Shown one piece after another: positions 9,097 through 18,871 of a DNA stretch of 64,000 nucleotides. Position 1 is the stretch's first letter. Each line of letters begins with the position of its first letter. The notes below the pieces were generated by a model, which had not been told where the DNA came from, ran no database searches, and saw nothing but the letters and a program-made list of their open reading frames with translations. The position numbers were made by a program, and so were the translations under genes. Origin of the DNA: an uncultured Actinomycetota bacterium (GTDB lineage Bacteria > Actinomycetota > Acidimicrobiia > Acidimicrobiales > Bog-793); the NCBI GenBank assembly GCA_963764805.1, contig CAVXUB010000002.1, positions 769,028 to 833,027 on the forward strand. The letters are read 5' to 3'.

Positions 9097-9188
9097 AGCC
9101 GGGTTGCAGCCCGGCCGGCAGCTGGCTGAAGCCGGCCGGCAGCTGGGCTGAAGCCGGCCGGCAGCTGGCCTGAAGCCGGCCAGCAACT
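9091..9188. repeat. Tandem array (4 units of 21-33 bp) of GGCTGAAGCCGGCCGGCAGCT beginning at the ogt stop codon
   Basis: Units at 9091 (33 bp, with an insertion), 9124, 9145 and 9167. Each contains the palindromic core GCCGGCCGGC. Confidence 0.9.
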
Positions 9189-9284
9189 GTGGGCAGCGCG
9201 GCACGGACCCAGCCGCGAAACCAGCCCTCCCCCCTCGAGCCCACCGGCAAGGCCCCGTAGTGCCAGCAGGTAGCGTCTTCGCCT

Positions 9285-11230
9285 ATGGCGCCGCTCAGCA
9301 CACGAGAGATCCGTCAGGCCTATTTCGACCATTTCACGAGGCGGGGACACACGATCATCCCTCGCGCTCTCCTCGTCCCCGCGAGGACCCGACAACGCTG
9401 TTCACCGGCTCGGGGATGCAGCCACTCATCCCGTATCTGCTGGGCGCACCGCACCCGGCCGGCGACCGGCTCGTCGACTCGCAGACGTGCTTCCGCGCCG
9501 AGGATATCGACGAGGTGGGAGACACGCGCCACACCACCTTCTTCGAGATGCTCGGCAACTGGGGCCTCGGGTCCTACTTCAAGGCGGAGCAGCTCCCCTG
9601 GTTCTTTGCGTTCCTGACGGAGGTGCTCGGACTCGATCCGAGCCGGCTCTACCCGACCGTGTTCTCCGGCGACGATCGCTTCGGGATCCCTCGCGACGAG
9701 GAGTCTGCTGAGATCTGGACCCGACTGCTGAGCGAAGCGGGCGTGGATGCCAGGAGCGTCGAGCTCGGGACGGCGGAGAACGCCTCCAAGGTCGGCATAG
9801 GCGATGCCAGGATCTCGTTCTTCGACGCCTCCAAGTGTTGGTGGAGCAGGTCCGCCTCCCCGGAGGCGATGCCCGTCGGAGAGCCCGGCGGCCCGGACTC
9901 CGAGGTCTTCTACTGCTTCGACCAGGTGAGCCACGATCCCGCCTATGGCGAGCACTGCCACCCGCACTGCGACTGCGGTCGCTTCATCGAGATCGGCAAC
10001 TCGGTCTTCATGCAGTACCGGCGGACCGAAGACGGCTTCGAGGAGCTGCCGCAACGCAACGTCGACTTCGGTGGAGGCTTGGAACGCTTGGCGATGGCGG
10101 CGATGGGCTCGCCCGACGCCTTCCGGATCGATCTGCTGGCTCCGCTCGTCGAGCATGTCGAGAAGCGAGCCGGCGTGGGCTACGACGAACACGTCGCCTC
10201 CGTGCGCATCATCGCCGACCACGCCCGCGCGCTCGTGTTCCTGGCAGCTGACGGCGTGGTGCCCTCCAACACGATGCAGGGCTATGTGATGCGGCGTTTC
10301 GCACGTAGGGCGATGCGCCAGGGCCACTCCCTCGGGATTACCAGCCAGCTGCTCGCCCCATTGGTAGAGGTGGTCGTCGCCGCCTACGGCGACGCCTACC
10401 CCGAACTGGCGGGGCGTGAGAAGGAGATCACCGAGGTCCTCGACAACGAGGAGCAGATGTTCAGGCAGACCCTGACGCGGGGCGTTCGCGAGTTCCGCAA
10501 ACTGGCAGGCGACAAGCTGACCGGTGACACGATCTTCACCCTCTTCGACACCTACGGGTTCCCACCCGAGCTCTCGCTCGAGGAAGCCGCTTCGTCGGGG
10601 CTTCCCGTGGCGCCGGATTGGCGCGCCCGCTACGACGAGCGAATGGCTCAGCAGCGCCAGCAGTCCTCCATCGCTCAGGGCGTCTTCAAGGGCGGCCTCG
10701 CCGACCAGTCCGAGGCCACGACAGAACTGCATACAGCCACCCACCTCCTCTACAAAGCTCTGCGCCTGGTCCTCGGAGAACATGTCGTGCAGCGGGGAAG
10801 CAACGTGACAGCGGAACGCCTGCGCTTCGACTTCTCGCACCCGGCGAAGATGACGAAGGAGGAGCTGGCGGAGGTCGAACGCATCGTCAACGAGGCAATC
10901 GAGCGAGACTGGCCGATGTCGTGGCGGGAGATCCCGACCGAGGCCGCCTTCGGCGAGGGTGCACTCGGCGCCTTCGGCGACAAGTACGGCGAGACCGTCA
11001 AGGTCTACACGGCAGGCGATCCGCATGGCGAGTGGTACAGCAAGGAGATCTGCGGAGGACCCCATGTCGAGCACACAGGAGTCCTCGGCCGCTTCAAGAT
11101 CGTCAAGGAAGAGTCCTCGAGCGCCGGGGTGCGACGGATAAAGGCGATAGTCGAGAACCAGGAACGCCGGACAGGTGGCGGCCAGCGCCTGAGGCTTGTG
11201 CCGGTACGCGCGCATCATCGGGGGCCGTAG
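9285..11230 (+). CDS. alaS: Alanine--tRNA ligase, short form (catalytic, tRNA-recognition and editing domains, no C-Ala domain); 1-bp frame break at 9377-9380
   Basis: Frame 0 gives MAPLSTREIRQAYFDHFTRRGHTIIPRALLVP, then frame 2 gives REDPTTLFTGSGMQP... Editing-domain motifs HTATHLL and CGGPHV are present. The ORF ends about 20 aa after SAGVRRIKAIV. Confidence 0.8.
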
Positions 11231-11300
11231 CGCCCGGGCGCGCCGCCATGGCGCGTCCTAAGAGCGCTCGATTCGAGATCCCTCGGCTTCGCGGCCTTCA

Positions 11301-12782
11301 TCACCCGGCGACATCGAACAATGTGGGTGGGTCCTTTCCGCCGCGGACCTCGCCCTCGGCGGCAGACCGAGCCCGCTCCTCGCCTTGCGGACTCTCGTAG
11401 GGCTCTCCAAGCTCGTCATCAGGGTCCGCTTGCCCCGGCGGCACCCAGCGCCACCTACCGGGCCCGCCCCGTAGCTTGAATCCGCCTGATGTCGCCATGC
11501 GGTGGTGCGGCACGCAGACGTTGGCGAGATTGGCGAGCTCCGTTGGGCCGAACTGGTGGAAGTCGATGCGGTAGTGGTGCGCCTGCAATCCTCGGGTCAT
11601 CTCGCATCCGGGCACCACGCAACGGGGGTCGCGCTCGTCAAGAGCGCGCCTGAGAGCGAGCGGGATGTAGCGGCCGAGATGGGTGACGGACATCACGTCG
11701 ACGCCACGCTTGATGACGAGCTCGCAGACGGCGTCTCCCAAGACGGAGCGGGCCACAGAAAGAGGCACCGGCCCTACGCCGGGGATCTCACAGATCTCGC
11801 CCTCTCGAACCTCCCCGCGGAAGAACGCCTCCCAATCGACGATGAACCGCACTGTTGCCCGGGTAGAACGGTGGACGCTCCGCGAGACCGGAACGGCCCC
11901 GCCAGAGGGCGGCGCGGGCGGCGGATCGCTCCCCGGGCGGCTCGGCGGCTGCCCGGAATCCGGACGCTCCGGTGCTTGAGCGGTCGATCCGTTTGACCAC
12001 TGCCCCCGCACGATCTCGATCAGCGCGTCCGCCATCAGAGCCTGGGACGGTTCGTCCCGGCCCTCCCGGCGAGCCTCACGATAGAGCCGCTCACGCACCG
12101 CCTCGACCGCCACCTTCAAGAGCGCGAACTCGTCTGGCACAAGACGCCCGTCGATCCGCCCGGCCCCATCAGCGTCCTTGTAGAAGCGAAGGTAGCGGCG
12201 GCGGCGGATGGACTCGATGCGCTCTTGCTCGGACTTCTCCGACGCCTTCTCCCGCTTGCGCTGTTCGACCTTGCGGCGGAGATCGGCCGCCGAGTCCTTC
12301 TTGGCCTCGTCGACGAGATCGTCCGCCTTGGCTGGATCCAAGTCCGCCAACTGGCCAAGCTGGCCGCCCTTGGATTGCGAGAGGTCGCCGGATCTCAGCG
12401 CTTCATCCAGCTTGCCGGACTGCTTGGCGCCCTTACCGGCCTCCAGAGCGGAGATCGCCTGCGAGATGGTGTCCCCTGTCTCGCCGGCGAGCCAGTCCGC
12501 CGCCGTCCTGTCGCCGGTCCTCCTATGGGCACCAGCCTCGGAGCAGCGATTCGCGCAGAGAGCCTTGCCGGCGGCGGCCAGGCGCTCGACTCGGGCGAAG
12601 AAGCGCACGAGCCTCACAGCATCATCGAGCGAGAGCGAGTCCGGCTCGAGCTCCTTGAGCTCGCGCTCCAGCCCCTCTCGATCATGGCCCGCCGTCTCGA
12701 CACCGCACCTCCCCGCGTGACCTCGATGGATCCGTGGTGCGCATGCGCACGAGAGCGTCCGGCGGAGCCACTCGAGGCTCAT
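11301..12782 (-). CDS. DUF222 domain / HNH endonuclease (actinobacterial 13E12-repeat type)
   Basis: The C-terminal HNH is CVVPGCEMTRGLQAHHYRIDF...NLANVCVPHH. The N-terminal alpha-helical region is typical of the DUF222-HNH family. Confidence 0.85.
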   Translation of the reverse strand: MSLEWLRRTLSCACAPRIHRGHAGRCGVETAGHDREGLERELKELEPDSLSLDDAVRLVRFFARVERLAAAGKALCANRCSEAGAHRRTGDRTAADWLAGETGDTISQAISALEAGKGAKQSGKLDEALRSGDLSQSKGGQLGQLADLDPAKADDLVDEAKKDSAADLRRKVEQRKREKASEKSEQERIESIRRRRYLRFYKDADGAGRIDGRLVPDEFALLKVAVEAVRERLYREARREGRDEPSQALMADALIEIVRGQWSNGSTAQAPERPDSGQPPSRPGSDPPPAPPSGGAVPVSRSVHRSTRATVRFIVDWEAFFRGEVREGEICEIPGVGPVPLSVARSVLGDAVCELVIKRGVDVMSVTHLGRYIPLALRRALDERDPRCVVPGCEMTRGLQAHHYRIDFHQFGPTELANLANVCVPHHRMATSGGFKLRGGPGRWRWVPPGQADPDDELGEPYESPQGEERARSAAEGEVRGGKDPPTLFDVAG

Positions 12783-12845
12783 CCAGTACGTGTGTTCGAT
12801 GATAGCAAGTCGGTGCGCGCGACCGAGCGCTGTGGCGAAACTTTC

Positions 12846-13691
12846 TCAGCGGTTGCGTTTGAAGAGGCTGCCGAAACGACTCTTGGGAGGACCCTCATCG
12901 TCCTCGGCATCGTCGGCATCGTCGGCATCGTCGGCGTCCTCGGCGTCCGCGGCGTCCGCGGCGTCCGCGGCGTCCTCGCCGCCATAATCGTCCTCGTCGT
13001 CCTCGTCGTCCGCGAGATCGCCTTCCTCGGCGTCGCCGTCGCCTTGGTCGTCCTCTTCGCCAACTTCGTCCTCTTCGTCCTCGTCGACGTCCTCGTCGTC
13101 CGCGTCGTCCACCTCGTCGTCGTCCTCGTCGTACTCCTCATCGTCCTCGAAGTCTTCGTCGTCCTCGAAGTCCTCGTCGTCCTCAGCCACGTCGCCCATG
13201 TAGCTGCGATCGCTCAGCGCGGCGCGGATGTCCTCCTCGCTCGGGGCCGGGTCGCTACCGTCGCCGAGGTCGCTGGCGGGGATCCGCCGCAGCAGGGAGG
13301 TGATCTTCCCGGGTCGGCTGATGTCGAACGGCAAGCCCGCCTTGCGCAGCAGCCTGCGACCGGTCGGCGTCAACCCGATCCTGTACGTGACGAATTCGAT
13401 GAGGCGGGCGTCCACGAGCAACCCGAGCGCACGGCTGAATTCGAGCGGGTCGGGTGAGGTGTGCGTCAGTTGCTTGTAGGCGCCGATGATCTCGCCGAGC
13501 ATCGCCAGCTCGCCCCCGTTGGCGATCTCGATGGCGAGCAGCGCATTGGTCTCGTCCCGGCTGAACTGCGACTCGATCGGCACGGACGGGACGCTATCAG
13601 CGGCCCTGGCAGCCACCCGGACGGGACCCTCGAGGGAACTGCGAGGGAACCCGGCGGAGAGTTTCGAGGTGGCAGAGGTCTGCTCGCGCAC
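12846..13691 (-). CDS. Hypothetical protein: about 150-aa N-terminal (possible wHTH) domain plus a poly-Asp/Glu C-terminal tail of about 120 aa
   Basis: The ORF starts 10 nt after the ATPase stop on the same strand. The tail reads AEDDEDFEDDEDFEDDEEYDEDDDEVDDADDEDVDEDEEDE... and ends in a basic PPKSRFGSLFKRNR. The exact start is uncertain. Confidence 0.7.
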   Translation of the reverse strand: MREQTSATSKLSAGFPRSSLEGPVRVAARAADSVPSVPIESQFSRDETNALLAIEIANGGELAMLGEIIGAYKQLTHTSPDPLEFSRALGLLVDARLIEFVTYRIGLTPTGRRLLRKAGLPFDISRPGKITSLLRRIPASDLGDGSDPAPSEEDIRAALSDRSYMGDVAEDDEDFEDDEDFEDDEEYDEDDDEVDDADDEDVDEDEEDEVGEEDDQGDGDAEEGDLADDEDDEDDYGGEDAADAADAADAEDADDADDADDAEDDEGPPKSRFGSLFKRNR

Positions 13692-13700
13692 CGCAGGCGA

Positions 13701-14888
13701 TCAGAGATCGGTCGCCGCATCTCCGCGGCGCCTCACATAATCGCCGAAACGAGGAACGGCGAACTCCACCACGTTGTGCGCCGGCGAATAGATGATGCCT
13801 TTCGAGATCAGGCGATCACGCTGAGTGGAGACCTGTTGGGGGGTACGCCCGAGGCGCCTCGCCACCTCACCGGAGGGGATCCGGTCGTCGCCGATCGAGG
13901 CCATCGCCACGAGGTACTCGCGTTCGGCAACCGAAGCCTTCTCGAAACGGATGCGGTACAAGCCGTCGTCGAGCCTGCGCTCGGCGGTGCCGACCGCCGC
14001 CTGAACATCGGCCAGGGTGATCACCGTGCCGGGTCGATCGGACGGGGTGCCGGCCGCTGCCCACGCCTCTTGCCCATAGAGCTGCGTGAAGTACGGGTAG
14101 CCCGCCGCCAGCCGGACGATCTCGCTGAGCGCCGTGTCTTCGTAGGTCACGTCGAACTCGGCGGCCGGATCGACGATCGCCTCGACGGCATCCCGATCAG
14201 ACAGCCAGTCGACCCGGTCGAAGAAGAGCCTCTCGGAGTAGCTGCCGGCCGCGGCCACCTGGTTCGGCAGATCCGGCAGACCGGCGGCGATGAACGCCAC
14301 CGGCAATCCCTCCGCCGCACCCGCAGCATGCAAGAGCGCCGAGAGATCGTGGGGCGCCATCAACTGCAGCTCGTCGAGGAGGAACACCGCCCCCACGCCG
14401 GCGTCGGCGGCGGCCGAGCCGAGCCGGACGAACAGGTCATCGAGAGCGTCTTCGGGTAGTTGCGAGCCGGCGGGTGCCGTGAGGCCGAGCTCGAGGGTGA
14501 CAACGCCCACGGCCGCCGTGAGGCTCGAGTTCCCGATCAGGTCGCGCAACCATGTCAGCGCCCGCGCCAACTTGCCGCGCCCGAGTACGGCGTGTCCCTG
14601 GACGAGGATCGAGGCGACCGAAGCGCCGATCCCGGCCGAGCGCCGCACTTCCTGGTATCCGGCCAGCCATCCCCGGTCCCGAAGCCGATCCAATGCCTCC
14701 CGGAGAAGCACGGTCTTGCCCATCCCGCGAAGCCCGTGCCAGACGATGCTCTCCGCATGAGCCCGCCCCTCGAACTGGCCCGCCATGTAGTCGACCATCG
14801 CCAGCTGTCGGGCCCGCCCGGCGAGCAGCGGCGGCCGGGATCCCGCCCCCGGGGCGTAAGGATTGATCATCCCATGGCGCTCTGGCAT
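13701..14888 (-). CDS. AAA+/ORC-Cdc6-like ATP-binding protein with a C-terminal winged-helix domain
   Basis: Walker A GLRGMGKT and Walker B VFLLDELQ are present. The C-terminal wHTH-like segment is EREYLVAMASIGDDRIPSGEVARRLGRTPQQVSTQRDRLISKGII. Confidence 0.8.
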   Translation of the reverse strand: MPERHGMINPYAPGAGSRPPLLAGRARQLAMVDYMAGQFEGRAHAESIVWHGLRGMGKTVLLREALDRLRDRGWLAGYQEVRRSAGIGASVASILVQGHAVLGRGKLARALTWLRDLIGNSSLTAAVGVVTLELGLTAPAGSQLPEDALDDLFVRLGSAAADAGVGAVFLLDELQLMAPHDLSALLHAAGAAEGLPVAFIAAGLPDLPNQVAAAGSYSERLFFDRVDWLSDRDAVEAIVDPAAEFDVTYEDTALSEIVRLAAGYPYFTQLYGQEAWAAAGTPSDRPGTVITLADVQAAVGTAERRLDDGLYRIRFEKASVAEREYLVAMASIGDDRIPSGEVARRLGRTPQQVSTQRDRLISKGIIYSPAHNVVEFAVPRFGDYVRRRGDAATDL

Positions 14889-14993
14889 ACTCCGAAGAGT
14901 ATAGCAACGCTGCTACACGAAGACCCGCCAACCCGATCGCTCCGACAGCCATGCAGCCGTCGTGCGCTGCTTCCAGTCAGGGCCCCGAGACCC

Positions 14994-15968
14994 TTAGCCC
15001 TTCGTGACGCACTTCCCGGCAGTGTTCGACCAGAGACCCTGGACGTCGAACTTGTCGCTGCCGATCGTCAGGTAGGCGTCGAGGTTCACGCAGAGATCGC
15101 CGATCTCGTTGCCACCACTCAGCCAGCCGCGCGACGGCCACAGGTCCGTGACCGATTCCGCGTACTCGTGAGTCTCAGTGGACTCGTAGCCGTCGATCAG
15201 GCGGGCGGGCGAGAGCGTCGTGCAGGCGCCGGTGCCAAGGTCAGGGACATAGGGCAGGTTCGTGTAGGCGATCCGGCCGTCGACCGACGAGGTCGAGTCG
15301 TGCCAGCCGCAGAAGCCGGAGTTCGGGAAACCGTCCGGATGCGTGCCGGTGGGAGAGGCGATCACGTACTGAGTGTCGTCGTTGGAAGCTTGCGTCGTGT
15401 TCCCGAAGTGAGTCGCCGCCTTCACCGCCTCTGCGGCGATCTGGGCTGCAGTGGCCTTGCTCGGCTCTGCCGACGCCTTGTCGAACCACACCCCCGCCAG
15501 GATCGACGAAGTCGGGTGAACGACGTGGATCCCCCTGGTGCCGCATTGCGTCGTCCCCTTGGGCAGGCCCTCGCAATACTGATCCAGGATCGTTCCCCAC
15601 GTGTCGGGTGTGCCATGCAGGTCCGTGAACAACGCCTGCAGCGCGGTGGCGGCGCCAGCAGGATCCTTCGACCATTGCGAGCCCCAGAAGACGAGGTACA
15701 CCGTCGGATGTGGCGAGATCGGTCCGTTCTTCGCCGTACTGTGCAGCGAGACAAGGGTCTTCGACGGGATGTCGAGCTTGTCCGGACGAATCGGCTTCAG
15801 GCCGAACCTCTGAAAGGAGTCCGCGGCCTTCGAGGTGCTGGCCAATGCCGGCGCGGCCTTCGCCGGCGACGAATTGGCCGAGGCGGACGTGGCGCTCGGA
15901 ACCGCCAGAGCCGTTGCTGCGCCGGCGGCGAGCACCACCATCGCGACGAGACGCTTACGAGACTTCAA
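14994..15968 (-). CDS. Secreted hypothetical protein
   Basis: TTG 15968 lies 7 nt after a GGAGG. The signal peptide is LKSRKRLVAMVVLAAGAATALAVPSATSASA. The rest of the 454-aa ORF upstream is non-coding-looking text. Confidence 0.75.
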   Translation of the reverse strand: MKSRKRLVAMVVLAAGAATALAVPSATSASANSSPAKAAPALASTSKAADSFQRFGLKPIRPDKLDIPSKTLVSLHSTAKNGPISPHPTVYLVFWGSQWSKDPAGAATALQALFTDLHGTPDTWGTILDQYCEGLPKGTTQCGTRGIHVVHPTSSILAGVWFDKASAEPSKATAAQIAAEAVKAATHFGNTTQASNDDTQYVIASPTGTHPDGFPNSGFCGWHDSTSSVDGRIAYTNLPYVPDLGTGACTTLSPARLIDGYESTETHEYAESVTDLWPSRGWLSGGNEIGDLCVNLDAYLTIGSDKFDVQGLWSNTAGKCVTKG

Positions 15969-16110
15969 GTCTTGACCTCCCCAGCACCGGCGGCCGCATG
16001 GGCCGCAGCGAAATTCTCCTATACCGCCGACCCCAGTCGGGCGGTGCCCGAACAGTAGCGGAAAGCCCTTTCGATCACCATCCTGAACGGCGACGGGGAG
16101 GGGCTCATCT

Positions 16111-16741
16111 TCACCATGGTGCGAGATCGACGAGAGGCGGGCCGGCACGGCGACCGGACAGCCAGGCGACAAGCTCGGCGCGGTCCTGCGCAGTTGCCAA
16201 CCGTGCCGGCAGCGTGCCGAGGAGCTGCGGCAGCTCCCATTCGACGTACGGGTCCGGCCAGTCGGACGGCGCGTAGCCGAGGCCCAGATCGACGTGGTGC
16301 ATCTCCACCTCCCGGAGCCTGCGAACCGGGCTGGCCGTGGTCGGCCAATGGTCGCCACCCATGAAGTCGGAATGCGGCCATCCGGCGGACAGGCACTTGT
16401 CCCAGGCGCGCTCGATCGCCCGGTTCATCTCCTTCAAATCGGAGGCGATGGCTCGTGCCGACCGTGTGGCGCCGGCGGCGATGCCCGCGTCCCGCTCCGC
16501 AGTGCCTCCCGGGTATCTCGGGATGTCTTCACCTCGGAGGGCCCCCTCGAGGCGGCGGACGTGACCTTCGGCGTTGCGCGCCAGATGGCTGAGGACGTGC
16601 CCGAGCGTCCAGTCCGGCAAGCTGCTGGGCCGCCGGACGGCGTCGTCGTCCAGTTGGGAGACCGTCGCCTCGATCCGCGCATGGGAGGCGTGCGCCAGCT
16701 CGATTGCCAGGGTGGGGTTGTCGTCGAGAACGCTCGCCCAT
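16111..16741 (-). CDS. Mycothiol-dependent maleylpyruvate-isomerase-like / DinB-fold protein; probable extra G just after the ATG
   Basis: DinB/MDMPI N-terminal motifs are seen (LPDWTLGHVLSHLARNAEGH). ATG 16741 directly abuts the upstream TGA. Removing one G of the GGG run gives MASVLDDNPTLAIELAH in frame. Confidence 0.75.
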
Positions 16742-17332
16742 TCAGCGAGCCTGCCGCACGAAGGCGGTGATTCGTTCGAGGGGCGGGTCGTAACCGTCCC
16801 TGGTGTCAACGACGAGAGTTCGCAGTTCTCCCACGTCCACTTCATAGCTGGCCCAGTCGAACGTCCCGTCACTCATCTGAGCGACGACGAGCTCGTCAGG
16901 ATGCGCGAAACGCCGCACGTCCCCGCTCGCAGCCCTCTGCGCGTAGCGCTTGGCGGCAACCGAGTGCGGCACCCGGCAGAAGATGAGGGAACAGTCCGCT
17001 ATTGGAAGGAAGGCCGCGATCTCCTTCCCGAACCACTGTCGATGGAACGCCGCCTCGGCCACCACTGTGCATCCATGCCGGAGCAGCACGTCGATACATC
17101 CGTACAGGGCTTGGAAGGTTCGCTGGGCGATCGGACCTCCATAGATTCTTCTCACCCCTGCGGCTAGAGCGATTCCTTCCTTGATGTGGTCCTTGAACAG
17201 CGTCGGCGCCGGGAGAGCGTCACCGAGGAGTGCGGCGAGCGTCGTCTTTCCCGCACCTGGAACACCGGCCACCAGCACAAGCTTCGGTCTGGGTTGCAAG
17301 AGCTCCTCTGCGGGGGCGGCCGGCCGCATCAT
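16742..17332 (-). CDS. P-loop kinase-like ATPase (AAA_33 / zeta-toxin-like fold)
   Basis: Walker A VAGVPGAGKTT near the N-terminus; about 195 aa. Confidence 0.75.
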   Translation of the reverse strand: MMRPAAPAEELLQPRPKLVLVAGVPGAGKTTLAALLGDALPAPTLFKDHIKEGIALAAGVRRIYGGPIAQRTFQALYGCIDVLLRHGCTVVAEAAFHRQWFGKEIAAFLPIADCSLIFCRVPHSVAAKRYAQRAASGDVRRFAHPDELVVAQMSDGTFDWASYEVDVGELRTLVVDTRDGYDPPLERITAFVRQAR

Positions 17333-17531
17333 CCAACCATATGACCTGTCTCGGCAGCCCGCTCACGCACTGTAGTCACCGCGCTCACGCACTGTAGCGA
17401 CTCGGCTGCGTACAGGCATTCTCGTTGCACTTGGCCGATGCCGGCGTTAGACAGTGCCTCAGCGGGGCCACCGCTGGGTCGCCTCGCCTACCTGCAATCT
17501 GTCTCTCGTCGAGGGAGGAAGAACCTTGCGA

Positions 17532-18719
17532 ATGCGCACGCCTAAAGCCGTATTGGCCGCCAGCGCCGCGGTCGTCGTGGGCTTCGGGGTCGGGCTGGCG
17601 GTCCCGGCACTCGCGACCGGCAACTCCGTGGTCCCTGCGGTGCACCAGGCGCCGGAGTCCTCGTTTCCCCACATGAACCACGTCTTCGTGTTCATGATGG
17701 AGAACTCGTCCTACAACGACCTGCTGTCGGCCACCAACAGGAACACGACCTTCATCCAGCAGATGGCGAAGCAGTACGGCCTTGCCACCTACTACTACGG
17801 CGTGACCCACACCAGCTTGCCCAACTACGTGGCTGCGCTCAGCGGCAGCAACTGGGGGTCGAACACGGACGACGAGGCCCAGGCCGATGACGGCTACTTC
17901 AACCACACGAACCTCGTCGACGAGCTGCAACAAGCCGGGGTCAGTTGGCGGGGCTACATGCAGTCGATGCCGTCGGTCGGGTACACCGGCGACTACGGCG
18001 ACTGCACGAGCCCGGCGCCCGATCCGAACTGCACTTCCGACCCGACGAGCAGCGCGATGTACGTGCGCAAGCACAATCCGTTCATGCAGTTCCCCGACAT
18101 CTACAACAACCCGCAGCTCGCCGACAACGTCGTTCCGCTCAAGGAATTGGGTGATGCGCTGAAGACGGGAGATGTCGCCGCCTTCAACTGGATCAGCCCC
18201 AACATCTGCAACGACATGCACGGAGGGGCGCCGGCGTGCCCGTACCCGAGCTCGCCGACTGACCCCCTTCAGGCGAGGCTCTACCAGGACGGCAACAACT
18301 TCCTCAAGCTCTGGGTGAACGCGATCATGAGCTCCCCTGCCTGGACGGGCAACTCGGCGATCTTCATCACCTGGGACGAGAGCGACTACAGCGACTCGTC
18401 GCCCTACGGGCCCGAGGACGACAGCGGTTGCTGCGACTCGCCGATACTCCCTGCCACTCCGGTCAATCCGACCACCGGCAGCGGTGGCGACCTCGTCGGC
18501 GGCACGCTCTACGGCGGCGGCCACGTCCCGATGATCGTCATCTCTCGGGAGGGGGCACGCGGTACCGCCGACGCGACGCCGTCCAACCACTACTCGTTGC
18601 TGCGGACGATCGAGCTCAACTGGGGACTGCCGTTCATCGGTTTCGCCAGCGACAAGGCTCAGGTCCATTCGTTGGCTCCGTTGCTCATGCCTCCGGGCGC
18701 CACGAGCAAGACCCACTAA
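17532..18719 (+). CDS. Secreted phosphoesterase-family protein (acid phosphatase / phospholipase C type)
   Basis: A signal peptide (MRTPKAVLAASAAVVVGFGVGLAVPALA) is followed by the family motifs HVFVFMMENSSY, SLPNYVAALSG and RKHNPF. An alternative TTG start lies at 17526. Confidence 0.85.
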   Translation: MRTPKAVLAASAAVVVGFGVGLAVPALATGNSVVPAVHQAPESSFPHMNHVFVFMMENSSYNDLLSATNRNTTFIQQMAKQYGLATYYYGVTHTSLPNYVAALSGSNWGSNTDDEAQADDGYFNHTNLVDELQQAGVSWRGYMQSMPSVGYTGDYGDCTSPAPDPNCTSDPTSSAMYVRKHNPFMQFPDIYNNPQLADNVVPLKELGDALKTGDVAAFNWISPNICNDMHGGAPACPYPSSPTDPLQARLYQDGNNFLKLWVNAIMSSPAWTGNSAIFITWDESDYSDSSPYGPEDDSGCCDSPILPATPVNPTTGSGGDLVGGTLYGGGHVPMIVISREGARGTADATPSNHYSLLRTIELNWGLPFIGFASDKAQVHSLAPLLMPPGATSKTH

Positions 18720-18871
18720 GCAGCCCGACAGCTGTCATCTGACGCGCCCGGCGTCCCGGTCACCCCGGGGTGCCGGGCCGTCTCGCGCCCGGCGACGGGT
18801 CGGTGGCGGCCTGGCAGCAGCGGCACGGAGGAGGCGGCGCGAAGGCGGCGGCATCGAGGAAGGCGGGGATA

